Under the pieces are notes generated by a model. The model was not told the origin of the DNA. It did no database searches and worked only from the letters and a program-made list of their open reading frames with translations. DNA of 64,000 nucleotides from Sporopachydermia quercuum (lineage: Eukaryota): assembly GCA_001599295.1 (NCBI GenBank), contig BCGN01000008.1, forward strand, positions 806,001-870,000. Direction: 5' to 3'. This document shows, piece by piece, positions 1 through 11,377 of this stretch (the first letter of the stretch is position 1; every line of letters begins with the position of its first letter). The position numbers and the translations under genes are program-made.

Positions 1-29
1 AATCGGCTCACTTTTTATCATACTTTTGA

Positions 30-784
30 TTACCCGTCATCATGATCGCTCATCCGATCACGATAATGTCTATTGGTCTGTTGTCGAGCACTATATATCC
101 TTGGAGATGATTTATGATTCTCTGACACTTTTTCTTGTTGCCTTCTATCAGCGTATCTTTCTCTTATACCATTACTTCCATCATGATTCCTGTTCTTCCC
201 TTCAGTTTCGGATTTGACTTTCTGATACGTGTCTCTGTCACAATGCCTCATATGATCTGCATCATACCTCTTTCTTTCAAAACAACTCTTATCACTTTTC
301 GATTTTCGTTTCTTCTTCTTTTTGTCCTTTGCTGATTCATTTTTCTCAGCAGACAAATTCCTGTATGTTTCCAAATCAAGGTTCCTTAGAATAGTTAGTA
401 TCAATATAGTGAAACTGGAAAGAGAAAAAACTTGAACACGACCCCTTTACTAAAAATTAAAACAGTAGGTAGTGTCTCTATGCACTTATCAAATTGTACT
501 TACAAAGATTTTGCCATCATTTCTTCTTCTAACCTTTTCACCGCATCCAATTCATTACTCTTACACAGTTCTTGTTCATCGGTCCTTTCTCCGGCTATCC
601 TGCCTTTTTCCTCCTTCGCATACCAAATTAAATCCTTTCCTTCTTGCCATCTTCCAGTTGGAGCCATTAGCGAATTTCCCAAATAATTTGCTTTATATTT
701 GCTACTTTTCACATCCTCCCAGTTGAAGTTTGCCTGCCCTCCTCTGACACTGACAGGCTTGCTTCTCTCCCCCAGAAAATCCAT
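30..784 (-). CDS. MMTAG2-like (multiple myeloma tumor-associated protein 2 N-terminal domain) protein with Lys/Arg/His-rich tail; 2 exons (784-504; 384 or 360 to 30)
   Basis: Motif [41 protein letters not shown]. Donor GTAAGT at 503-498, branch TACTAAC at 400-394, two in-frame acceptors (AAG 387-385, CAG 363-361). Splicing joins ORFs 500..820 and 30..404. Confidence 0.85.
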
Positions 785-1219
785 TTTGCTAGAAAAAAAA
801 AGTCCAAGATAGATGATCACTGTAATGAAACAATATGTAATAAATGGAGTTATATTTTACGTTACAGCTCTTCAAAGTCAGTAATAACCGTCAATCAGAT
901 TCAATAAAAAGAGTCATGTGTAATGTTTCTCTAAGTCTTTCTATACCTTATGGGATAACTCCAGACTTTACCACCCTTCATAGGACAAATGAACAAGAAG
1001 AGATGTGAAATGTCTCTGAGTTCTCCCTTCTCTTACAATCATGAAAATTTCAGGTCATACAGTGGCTAAGATGGAGCATTGAATACATCTTGGTTTGAAT
1101 ATAATGAATGAAAAACAGCTCAGAGACCTTAGTATAGTACCCTTAATGTTGAAGATTAGGGAATCACTTACTCTCTGGAAGGGCCTGGAGAAATATCAGT
1201 ACAAAAAGCAAGGCGAAAA

Positions 1220-1882
1220 ATGTTTTCAAGAATTACCAGACCCATATGCGCATACCAAGCACGTTCTCGACACCGACAAGCTGGCAGATCTATGATACAA
1301 ATGTCCAGTGCACTATTAAGATATATAAAGGTACAACCACAATTTCAAGTCAGTAGAAGTAGTTTTGATTATATGTCCAGAAGATTTCACAGTACTGATG
1401 ATAGTGTGGAAGTAGCAGATAAGCCAGAAAAGCTCAGGGATCAGCAACCACAGTATGTGATGGCATTCACATGCAAAGTCTGCAAAACGAGATCCAGTCA
1501 TGTTTTGACAAAGCAAGCTTATCACCACGGTACCGTCTTGATTACATGCCCTGGATGTAAAGGAAGACATCTAATAGCTGATCATTTAAAGGTAAGAACC
1601 AATTCAAGAAGGTTTAGGATGATATTGAACGGAGATTTAATTTTGATAGATGTAGCATTCTGACATTCACTATAGATATTCTCGGATAATAAAGTAACCC
1701 TGGAAGATATACTTGCTGCTAAGGGAGAAACAGTGAATAAGAACAGCGACGATTTGGTGTTCGAAGATCTCCCTGAGTCTTTGAAGAAGAGGTTCAGATT
1801 ACAGAGCAGCGACCAGGCCACTGACTCTACCGAACAAGTAGCACTGGGAGAAGGAGAAAAGAAACGCACAGAAGAGAAATAA
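1220..1882 (+). CDS. ZIM17: Mitochondrial DNL zinc-finger Hsp70 escort protein Zim17/Tim15; exons 1220-1591, 1676-1882
   Basis: FTCKVC...[38 protein letters not shown]. Arg-rich presequence-like N-terminus. Intron 1592-1675: GTAAGA...TTCTGAC...TAG. Confidence 0.92.
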
Positions 1883-2187
1883 ATGTATTCATTGTTTAGG
1901 ACCTCACTTTTTATCTCATGATTTACGAAGATGCATGGCTTGAAGACGACCTCCTAGAGCTAACCTTCAGATTTCAACTTACACTCTATCGCAATGATAT
2001 GTCCAGATTTTGAGATTGCGGCAAGCTTGCATTACTCGTTTTGATTTGTATTACTCTTGCATATAATGCCATCCTTTAATTTAGTCATCTACTCATTTAT
2101 TGTAGTTCTGAAAGTTTTAAGACTCACTCATCAAAAGTCATTTTATGAATTANATAATCAGAAATTGCTGAAATAAGAACGTGATTG

Positions 2188-2236
2188 TCACGTGAGTCAA
2201 ATTGAACAGAGTTATCACGAACGCGGGAACACGAAA
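2188..2236 (+). promoter_or_regulatory. Cluster of candidate sites upstream of RFA2: TCACGTGA E-box overlapping TGAGTCA, ACGCG (MCB-like) and CACGAAA (SCB)
   Basis: CACGTG 2189-2194, TGAGTCA 2193-2199, ACGCG 2221-2225, CACGAAA 2230-2236. RFA2 is an MBF-regulated G1/S gene in yeasts. Confidence 0.5.
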
Positions 2237-2357
2237 TGTTTAAATACTTGCCACTTGCGCTGGTGATAAGAATTTGATTTGAGTACCAATTGCACAATCG
2301 GAAGCGAAGGTAATATACTTGAACAGGATCAATATATTTTTTAGCAAATTAGTTGGA

Positions 2358-3386
2358 ATGTGTAAGTTTTTAGAGAAGCGTTTAGAGATGTAAATTCTGA
2401 TTGTCATCATGTACGATGTACCAGTTCTAACTCAACATGTTTAGCTTTTAACGCATATGATGGAGGTTTTGATTCCACCGGTGGGGGCTTTGGAGCTGAT
2501 TCCGGTGGAAGTCAAACAGCTAGTGTAAGTTTCAATCATTGTCGGATGTTAATTGGAGTGGAGTGTCCTATACAGAGTTTTAGAAAGAAAGATGGTTAAC
2601 ATATATATATCGCAAGACTCAAACCAAGCAAACAATTACCCCAGTGACAATCAAACAGATTTTAACTGGTGAACGACCTAATCCAGATGGGGAACTGTTT
2701 ATTGATGGAGCTGAAGTCAGTATGGTCAGTTTTGTTGGAATAATCAGAAATGTTGTTGATAACACCACAAGCTTTGTTTACAGAATTGAGGATGGTACCA
2801 GTTCTATTGATTGTAAGAAGTTTGTTGATGATGCTGATACTATGATGGATGATGATGGATCAAATGACAACTTCGACAAGCAATCCTTTCATGAAGGTGA
2901 GTACGTCTCTGTTGTGGGAACATTGAGACAATATGGTGGTCGCACAGGAATTTCGTATCCTGTTATTCACAAAGTCACAGATTATAACCAAGTTGTATAT
3001 CATTTACTGAATGCTGCTTATAATCATTTGAGACGCACAGCTCCAACCAAACCGCAAGGTGTTGGTGAATCAATAAACTATGGAAATACTGTATCAGCAG
3101 TTGATAACTCTTCTGGGCTTGATGGTGCTCAACAGAAAGTGTACAGAGCTGTTAGCGATATATACCAACAAACTGGAAACTCAGAGGGTGTTCACGTCAA
3201 CCAACTATCACGAACAACAGGTTTACCTTTGGAGAGTGTACAAGCATTATGCGAGGCTTTGCAAGAGAAAGGTGTTATTTACAGTGGTTTTGATGATGAT
3301 CATGTAAGTACTTATGTTTTGGTGTTCTGAAGANTCTGATTTTGTATTTGTTAACTAACAAAACATAGTTTCTTCCTTCCATGTAA
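2358..3386 (+). CDS. RFA2: Replication protein A 32 kDa subunit; exons 2358-2361, 2445-2524, 2617-3303, 3369-3386
   Basis: Spliced product MSFNAYDGGFDSTGGGFG...TITPVTIKQI...VSFVGIIRNV...YRIEDGT (OB fold) and a C-terminal winged helix EGVHV...GVIYSGFDDDH|FLPSM. All three introns start GTAAGT and have a branch site plus TAG or AAG acceptor. Confidence 0.93.
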
Positions 3387-3628
3387 TATAAAATAAATTC
3401 TCCCAAGATTAGTATTAATATTATTCATAAATATTTTATTCGTAGTCAAGTTAAATTATTTAATTAAGATTGATAATCCAATTTTAAAGCCTCCCAAATA
3501 ATTGATTCCCACTTGGAACCAAATTTCAATTAATTAAGAAATGCAGTTATTCGTTAAAAGTCTACGTGAAAACATTTATCTTCAAACCGAATCCCATTAT
3601 AGACCACTAATAGTATAAAAGTGGATCA

Positions 3629-4648
3629 TTAAAATGCTTTTGCCACATTATTTCTGTCAGTCTCTGTAGCGTAATTTGCAAATACGTCTTCGTCACGGTA
3701 TTCGACTTCCTCTGGTGCAATTTCATTATTATGAGCAGCAGCAGCTAATTGTCTATGGGACCTTCTGAAATAAAAGATTCCAAACACAATGGCAATGAGC
3801 AATGGAACACCAATTCCGACAGTACAACCAATAATGATGTTCTTATCTCTTCTAGATAGTGATGATGAAGATGTTTCAGGCGCAAGTGTCTCTGATGATC
3901 CAGCAGCAGTTTGTATAATTGTTTTAGTGATGACTGAGTTTCCCGAAGTAGTTATTGACAATATAGTAGTTGGGGAGGGGGTGATAGAAGAGAATGATGA
4001 TGTGATAGTGGAACTTGAGCTTGTTGAGGAAGAACTCGAGGAGGTTTCGGTTGAAAATTCAGACGAGGATTCAGACGAGGATTCAGACGAGGATTCAGAC
4101 GAAATTTCAGACGAAGTAGTCGAACTGACACTCTCAATAGTTGACGATGGCGAAGGTGAAGGTATAAATGTAGAAGTTGCAAAATCATCAAAATCAGTTG
4201 TGGCGGAAGTAGAAGAAGTAGAAGTAATTTCTGGAGTACTGGTATCAGGAGCTGACTCGACGTCTGATGTAAAAGTATCTGAGGTTGTCACGCCAGTGTC
4301 CTCTAAATCGGTTGTGATTTCGGGTGAACTAGTTTCTGGATCTAAGCTCTCTGTTGGATCAATTTCGGTTGTAATATCAGAGCTGCTAGTAACCAATGTT
4401 GAATCAAAAAGCTCAGTTAATCCTGAAATAGCTGTACTGTTATCTATTTCATCTTGTCTTCTATAAAGTACTGTTCTTGATCTCTCATGGGGGTCATCGT
4501 GCATGTCAAACACAGGTATTGATGGTAGATCCAATCTATCAATGTGTCGTAGCAACGAATGTATCCTTTCAAATACGGCTCCTCTTGTAGTGTTGGTGGC
4601 AGCTGCTGAGACCACTAAATAGCCCACTAGAAATGCTGATATTTTCAT
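3629..4648 (-). CDS. Mid2/Mtl1-like cell wall stress sensor (signal peptide, Ser/Thr-rich stalk, single TM)
   Basis: The juxtamembrane/TM segment SLSRRDKNIIIGCTVGIGVPLLIAIVFGIFYF closely resembles Mid2. Long S/T stalk and short acidic cytosolic tail. Confidence 0.8.
   Translation of the reverse strand: MKISAFLVGYLVVSAAATNTTRGAVFERIHSLLRHIDRLDLPSIPVFDMHDDPHERSRTVLYRRQDEIDNSTAISGLTELFDSTLVTSSSDITTEIDPTESLDPETSSPEITTDLEDTGVTTSDTFTSDVESAPDTSTPEITSTSSTSATTDFDDFATSTFIPSPSPSSTIESVSSTTSSEISSESSSESSSESSSEFSTETSSSSSSTSSSSTITSSFSSITPSPTTILSITTSGNSVITKTIIQTAAGSSETLAPETSSSSLSRRDKNIIIGCTVGIGVPLLIAIVFGIFYFRRSHRQLAAAAHNNEIAPEEVEYRDEDVFANYATETDRNNVAKAF
4057..4116. repeat. 12-bp coding tandem repeat (ATTCAGACGAGG x3 plus 2 degenerate copies) encoding SSES units in the sensor stalk
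   Basis: Direct reading of the sequence. Confidence 0.9.
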
Positions 4649-5253
4649 TGCAGTACGATTTGTGTCTTTATTTCTTGTTAGTATCTACACGTAGTTGTTG
4701 TCAAGTTGATTCTTATAGTCTGGTATGTTCAAATAAAAGACCAATAAACGAACGTCGTGCAATTGATACCTGAGTGGAAAAGAAAGGAGCGTATCAATAT
4801 TGTAGGAAAAAGAAGTTAAAGGTTTGATCAATATATGATTTTTGATTTCTGATCATTCATTCATTTTTTCTTTTTCCTTGCTCCATTAAAGTTTGACTCA
4901 TTGCCTGAAAAATATACGTTAAAGAGAATAAGTTTTCGGTACGTGTTTCACGTGAGAAGGAAACTTATCTTCCAAATGCTGGGGGCTATGGATTGGAATT
5001 CTCGAAGATGGTTGTCTATTATCATGCTATCAACCTATTACTTGCATTGATATATACCTAGGCTTATTGAGCAGAAACTGCAGTTAACTGTGCTACTTGG
5101 AAGAAAGAAATCAAATACTCTCTTATAATCGATTAGTACCAAATACCATATAGTTCTGGAATTCTTCTTCTCAAATACCACAGATCAGATTAAGGTTCAA
5201 CAAATACTCCAAATATTACCTAGAAAGGACCTAATTGATGTTTTAGTTAGTAT

Positions 5254-5263
5254 CTATTTTTAG
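5254..5263. promoter_or_regulatory. Candidate Rlm1/MEF2 site CTATTTTTAG about 600 bp upstream of the Mid2-like gene
   Basis: Exact match to CTA(W)4TAG. Rlm1 is the output of the cell wall integrity pathway. The motif is AT-rich, so a chance match is possible. Confidence 0.35.
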
Positions 5264-8200
5264 ATTTCTTCTTTTAATTATTTAACAACAGTCAACATAT
5301 AATTACAAATAGGCAAGGTCATTAGAAAAGAGGGTTGATTCACCACACCTATGGTGAATAAGAGCATTTACGAATGAGAGGTATGGGAATCTTAATTATT
5401 ATAATGGAACGGTTTCTTGTTCGAACTTTACATCAGTAAAAAATGATGTAATATGGTAATGTCTAACGGAAATAATAGAGAAGGAATAGCAAGGGATTAG
5501 AGATAGCATATGATCTATCGACTTCCTTACATTTTTTTTTTAGTAAAGAATCTGAGGCGTTTTGATTACATGCAACAAGTGTTAATACTTAGAGTCAAGT
5601 GTTGCATATGTAACATTCTCTCATTTTATTGGAAAATAAGTTACTGAACAAATGAAATTAAATAATTATTCAAATAATATCTTCCACTGCAACTGAATTG
5701 CTGTAGTTACAGTTCCCTATTGATGATTCAATTACATGTCTACTATTAGCTAAGAACCCTTCTTTTATCGACATCAGCGAGACCCAGAAATCAATAGTTG
5801 AATCTTTAATGCTTGCTACTTTTTGACTTATTATATATTCTGATCCATTCTTTCATTTCCAATCTGTAGAAGGTAAGGCTAACTGAGAAATGACTTCTTG
5901 AGCGTTAGGAAGATAATTATAATATTAATAGTAATAATAAATTATAGTATATTAACAAGAAANAATGATAAATTAATAGGATCACGTTGATTAGTATCAC
6001 AAGAAGCAATATATGCTACTATATTAGATATGGTTAAAGGTCAAATAGGTGGAAGTAAAGGATTATATTATTTCCCATTTATTTCCCATTTATTTATATT
6101 TATATTAACAACTAATTCTATAGGTATGATACCACCCGATTGCCGATCACGCTCAGAACATTCAGTTGACATATGGTACTTGTAGTTCTCTCAGTACTGC
6201 TATGAAGCAGGGTTTTTGCTAATTCATTAGCTTTCAAGAATAATCGTTTCGTATTGACTTCCCGCTTTTGATGAGAGTTTTATCATGATTATAGAATACA
6301 ACTAAGTAAATTAGATTGAATATAAATGCAAATCATGCACAAGACTGCAGTAAGTCAATTATTAATTATGTAATCGAATAATACAAGAGTTTTAAACTCC
6401 GCATAAGGTTGGATGAATTTGCAAACCTTCATTTATCTTCCTTGATCTAGTAAAAGGATTGGAATGAGAGACGATCGAAAACAAACAAAACAGATATATG
6501 CTATCGATTGTCTATGAGAAATAGAGAGCTTATACTTCCAGAAATTTATATCATGAATTGTTAAAACTCTTCTCATAGATTCAAATTGCGAGATACTTAG
6601 TTTCATCTAGGTTCTACTGATTTTAATCAATACATCATCAGCCTTGATGGCAAAGGTTAGGACTTCCTTATGAAAAGGTTTTGGCCATAGATTCCATATT
6701 ACAAACAATTTTAACATAATAACAACATTCTTATATGATAAGTACTATATAATTGTCCTTTTAGAAGAGAGAATTATTATTCTTCTATCATATGATCTTA
6801 CATCCGTTTGATTTAATTTTTCCTTTTTAACTCTATAATGTTTTCTCCACTTTCTGTCTCATAACCCACCTCTTCCTTTGCCCCGTGCTAGAACTCTCTC
6901 GACACCAGTTCATTCGGATAACAATGTGAAGATAACAACAGTTTAACTCAATTCAGTTAGATGTCCAGTGAAAACCGTTATTGATATGAGGAAGATAAAT
7001 GCAAGGGTGTCAATGAGATTTGAGTGAAAAATATACACCTAATCACCATTGATTGGAGATAAAAAAATGTACGTAAAAGCTTTTCCGATAATCCGGACAG
7101 ATTTCGACATCTCTATAATTTCCACAATGGTTGCATCCCGCACTATTCCGGATTCAGTTGATTGGTTGATCCAGGGACGATTGAAAAACTTTTGGGACTG
7201 TCCATTTTTCACCGAGGGCCTGGGGAAATATGCTCGGCTTCATCAAAAATGAGATGAGAAAAGCGATCTGTCAAAAGAAATAAAACATAATATGGTTATA
7301 ATTATGCTTTAATATTGGAGTAGATCCTGAATCTGGTACATAACTTGAAAATTCTCAATCATCAGATTAAATCTGATTGTAAATTAATAAAGTATCGAGC
7401 AAAAATGATGAACACTTTACAATCTTGAAACAATAGCCATCAAACAGTTGCTTTCTTTCTCTACTCCGGAGTGAAGTTGTACCATTACGTATAGCAATTC
7501 TATATAGGAAAATGCATTTTTGTTCCGATTCAAGAAATTCAGTATTATCTATGTCGCGAAAAGAATCAATCAATAAAACCAGTATAAGTAACAATGTAAT
7601 ATTCAAATGTGGCATGCCACAACTAATAGTTGCTATATTATTGGTTTGTTTTCACATTCACTACAACCAGTAACCTAGAGTGATAATATTTATTCACTCA
7701 GTAGTCTATTTTACGCGTATATAGTAATGAAGCCGCTGCGTTCGAAAATGTAAAATCTACCACCCATTTAAATGCCGACTTTAATAACAATTGTCTATAA
7801 TCTATTATTGTCTTACATCAAACATAATGAATTGACCCCTGAAAGAGTACCCAGATAGGCTGAAAGAGATGATTCAAGTAATCAATTTCCAGACATTTCT
7901 TTATCACTGATCTTACTTTGATAAAAATTTCTGCTTGGTTACCAATTCAAGTGAGATCTAGTTCCATTATTTCTATTATCTGAATAAAAGTCTTCATTCA
8001 CATATATCTCATCTTCCACTTTCAATCATTCCATTCATTCATTCTTCACAATTGATCTACCAATTTTGAGCTAAATTCCTAACGGTTTCCAAATGTCTAG
8101 ACTCTTTCTTTTTACTTGTACTGCTGTTGGTATCAAATATATCTCACATTAAGATCAACATCTGTCCGAAAAGCCTCATTATTTTTCAATAGCAGACCCT

Positions 8201-8509
8201 AGTCTGGTGGAAAGACAGTAAAAAATCGGTTGAAGTCAGTACCATTGGCAGCATTATCCGTACAAACTTTTTTCATAGTGGACGCAATTAGAAGAAATTT
8301 CAATGGATGAAAATTCTCATAAGCGTCGTGAACGAACACATCCAATTGATTTATAACTCCCCTTTCCCGTTCATTTTGTCCACGTCCTTTTTCTCCTTCT
8401 ATAATTCAACGTTTGAATCCTTTTGAATGGTCTCTTTCTGTTGTGTTCAGTTATCCATTGATTATCGTTTAATCAACAAGTAACTACCAGAAGCATATTT
8501 ATATTCAAG

Positions 8510-9693
8510 ATGTCAAAGGACGCTAAGGTATGTGGTAATTGGGCAATTGCCATAATGTACAATATGGATGATACCAGATCAACAATTTCACGCTTCAGTG
8601 GTCACTTGAGGTACACTCTTTGTTAATGTCATCGGCCTTGGGTTTATTGAATTGTGGTGAAATTCTGGTGCTCCAACTGTGTGTTACAGGTTGTAGAAAT
8701 CGTAGACTAGCTCGCTAATTGAATGTTGACACGGTGGAAGAATCATAAGTACAAAAATTAATATTATATGTTGAAGCATGTTCTAACAAATTATAATAGG
8801 ATTTCTTTATCGATTTTATGATGGGTGGAGTCTCCGCCGCTGTCTCCAAGACAGCTGCTGCTCCCATCGAACGTGTCAAGCTCTTAATCCAAAATCAAGA
8901 TGAGATGATGAAGCAAGGTCGTTTGGCTAAGAAGTACGATGGTATTGGTGAATGTTTCAGACGTACTGCTGCTGAAGAAGGTATTGCTTCTTTCTGGAGA
9001 GGTAACACTGCAAATGTCATCAGATACTTCCCTACCCAAGCTCTTAACTTTGCATTCAAGGATAAGTTTAAGGCTATGTTTGGTTTCAAGAAGGATGAAG
9101 GTTACTGGCCTTGGTTCTTTGGTAACTTGGCTTCTGGTGGTGCTGCTGGTGCTACTTCCTTGTTCTTCGTTTACTCTTTGGATTACGCTAGAACTCGTCT
9201 TGCTAACGATGCTAAGGCCTCTAAGGGTGGCGGTGACAGACAATTCAACGGTTTAGTTGATGTCTATAAGAAGACTTTGGCTTCTGATGGTATCGCCGGT
9301 TTGTACAGAGGTTTCGGTCCTTCCGTCATTGGTATCATTGTCTACAGAGGTTTATACTTTGGTTTATACGACTCTCTTAAGCCTGTTGTTTTGGTTGGTC
9401 CTTTGGAAGGTAACTTCTTGGCCTCTTTCTTGTTGGGTTGGACTGTCACCACTGGTGCTTCTACTGCTTCTTATCCTCTTGATACCGTCAGAAGAAGAAT
9501 GATGATGACTTCCGGTCAAGCCGTTAAGTACAAGTCTTCTTTCGATGCTTTCAAGCAGATTGTCGCTGCTGAAGGTATTAAGTCTTTGTTCAAGGGTTGC
9601 GGTGCTAACATTCTCCGTGGTGTTGCCGGTGCTGGTGTCATCTCCCTTTACGATCAACTCCAAATGATTGTCTTCGGTAAGAAGTTCAAATAA
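8510..9693 (+). CDS. AAC2: Mitochondrial ADP/ATP carrier; exons 8510-8527, 8800-9693
   Basis: [35 protein letters not shown]...RRRMMM signature. Strong codon bias. Intron 8528-8799: GTATGT...TTCTAAC...TAG. Confidence 0.97.
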
Positions 9694-10441
9694 ACAATCT
9701 GATTAGCATTTAAATATTTTGTATAGATTATTTTCGTCTATATACCTATTTGCTATAATACTAATATAGATCTTTGTTTAATTTTTTGTAGCTTATCTCA
9801 TCGATACTTCTCTATTTCGTTATCTACCTTGTCCTTTACTAAGTTTCGCTTTCCATAGTAACCGAAAAGTGATTATCGGTGTATAGTAAACTGAAATAGT
9901 TTTAGATACCAAATTCTTCCCATCTCCTCAGTTCCCTAAAATCGAGTTCTTCACATCTCGCAGTTGTCTCTCTTTCGTTACAACGAGCAATGTGAATACT
10001 GCTCGTTCCTAAACGAAGCAAAAAACGTTGGTAGTTGCCTAATTATAGTTGCTCCGTCATATATTGATAAAGTTTGGCAAAGCCCGGAGAAATGTCCCAA
10101 AATGGATTTCTGAACCCCCCGATCTGCATGTGGCTGTTCGCAATTTTGTACAGGCATTTCAATTTCAAATCATAATCTCCAAGAATTGAAAAGGGTACGC
10201 AAAAAAAAAAAAATAAGTTGAATTGAAAGACAGTGAATTTATGGATTAGTAATTGTTCTGCTGTAGTTGTTCTGCTGTCTTTTATGATGTCGTTGAGCCG
10301 AAGGATATTTGGTAGGAAGATATTCGTTTATTTTTTCTGTATTAACTTATTTGGAGTTGGATCTAGATAAGTAGTTAAAAGCAAAGATCAAGGGAGAGAC
10401 TAGAGAAGATTTAAAGTAAAAGAAAAATAGATATATAAACA

Positions 10442-11377
10442 ATGAGTGTTGGAGATTCTGAGATCAAGGATAAAAAAGTATGGACCACGTTGATCACGAA
10501 TACCAAGTATCTAACGGGGTTAATTGCCTTGGATTATTCGCTGAAGCGCGTGAAATCCAAGTATCCCTTAGTTGCATTATACACTGATACATTTACTGAG
10601 GATGGACATAGAGCATTAGATTTGAGAAAAATTCCTAAATTGCATGTTAAATATCTGCTGCCGACATCACATAAGGATTACTCGAACGATACCAGGTTTT
10701 ATGACTGTTGGAGTAAACTTCAGCCATTTTCCTTGACTCAATTTGAAAGAGTCGTGCAATTAGATTCTGATATGATTGTTATCCAGAACATGGATGAGTT
10801 GATGGAACTCGCGTTGGATCAAGACAAAAGGGCTTTTGCTGCTAGCCACGCCTGTGTCTGCAATCCTTATAAGAAACCACATTATCCGCCTGATTGGATA
10901 GCTGAAAACTGTGCTTTCACCAACTACGACGATTCTGTGAAATCAGCAACGAGTGATTATGATGAAGGGGAGAAGCAAATATATGGTCCAGCTCATAATG
11001 CAGGACTAGGTATCTGCAATGGAGGGTTGCAAGTTGTTAATCCATCAGACTGGGCATATAATAAGATTTCAGCAGCTTTACAAGATCCTTCAAAGACTGA
11101 TTTGTATGAGTTCTCCGATCAAAGTTTACTGAGTGACGTATTTGAGAATTCTTGGGTAGGTCTTAGCTATAAATATAATGCCTTGAAGACATTGAAATCA
11201 ATTCACTCCGATATTTGGGATGACAACGAAGTGAAAAATATTCATTATATTTTGAATCCAAAACCATGGGATGGTAAAGATTATGAAGATGATACAAATA
11301 CTTTCCATTTCTGGTGGTCAATCAATGATGAGAGATTGGAAGAGGAAAAGAAACAGAATATCTTTGATGGGTTCTAA
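10442..11377 (+). CDS. Glycosyltransferase family 8 (glycogenin/galactinol-synthase-like fungal group)
   Basis: WTTLITNTKY, WSKLQPFSL, VVQLDSDM (DxD), ASHACVCNP, NGGLQVVNP, DQSLL, YNAL, IHYILNPKPW. Confidence 0.9.
   Translation: MSVGDSEIKDKKVWTTLITNTKYLTGLIALDYSLKRVKSKYPLVALYTDTFTEDGHRALDLRKIPKLHVKYLLPTSHKDYSNDTRFYDCWSKLQPFSLTQFERVVQLDSDMIVIQNMDELMELALDQDKRAFAASHACVCNPYKKPHYPPDWIAENCAFTNYDDSVKSATSDYDEGEKQIYGPAHNAGLGICNGGLQVVNPSDWAYNKISAALQDPSKTDLYEFSDQSLLSDVFENSWVGLSYKYNALKTLKSIHSDIWDDNEVKNIHYILNPKPWDGKDYEDDTNTFHFWWSINDERLEEEKKQNIFDGF

Noticed and set aside
3789..4466. 225-aa plus-strand ORF
   Set aside because: Antisense shadow of the Ser/Thr-rich Mid2-like stalk; no independent features.
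8884..9663. Overlapping alternative and antisense ORFs in AAC
   Set aside because: By-product of strong codon bias in a highly expressed gene.
9982..10007. AACGAGCA/TGCTCGTT hairpin downstream of AAC
   Set aside because: An 8-bp stem is within chance expectation and there are no snoRNA boxes.
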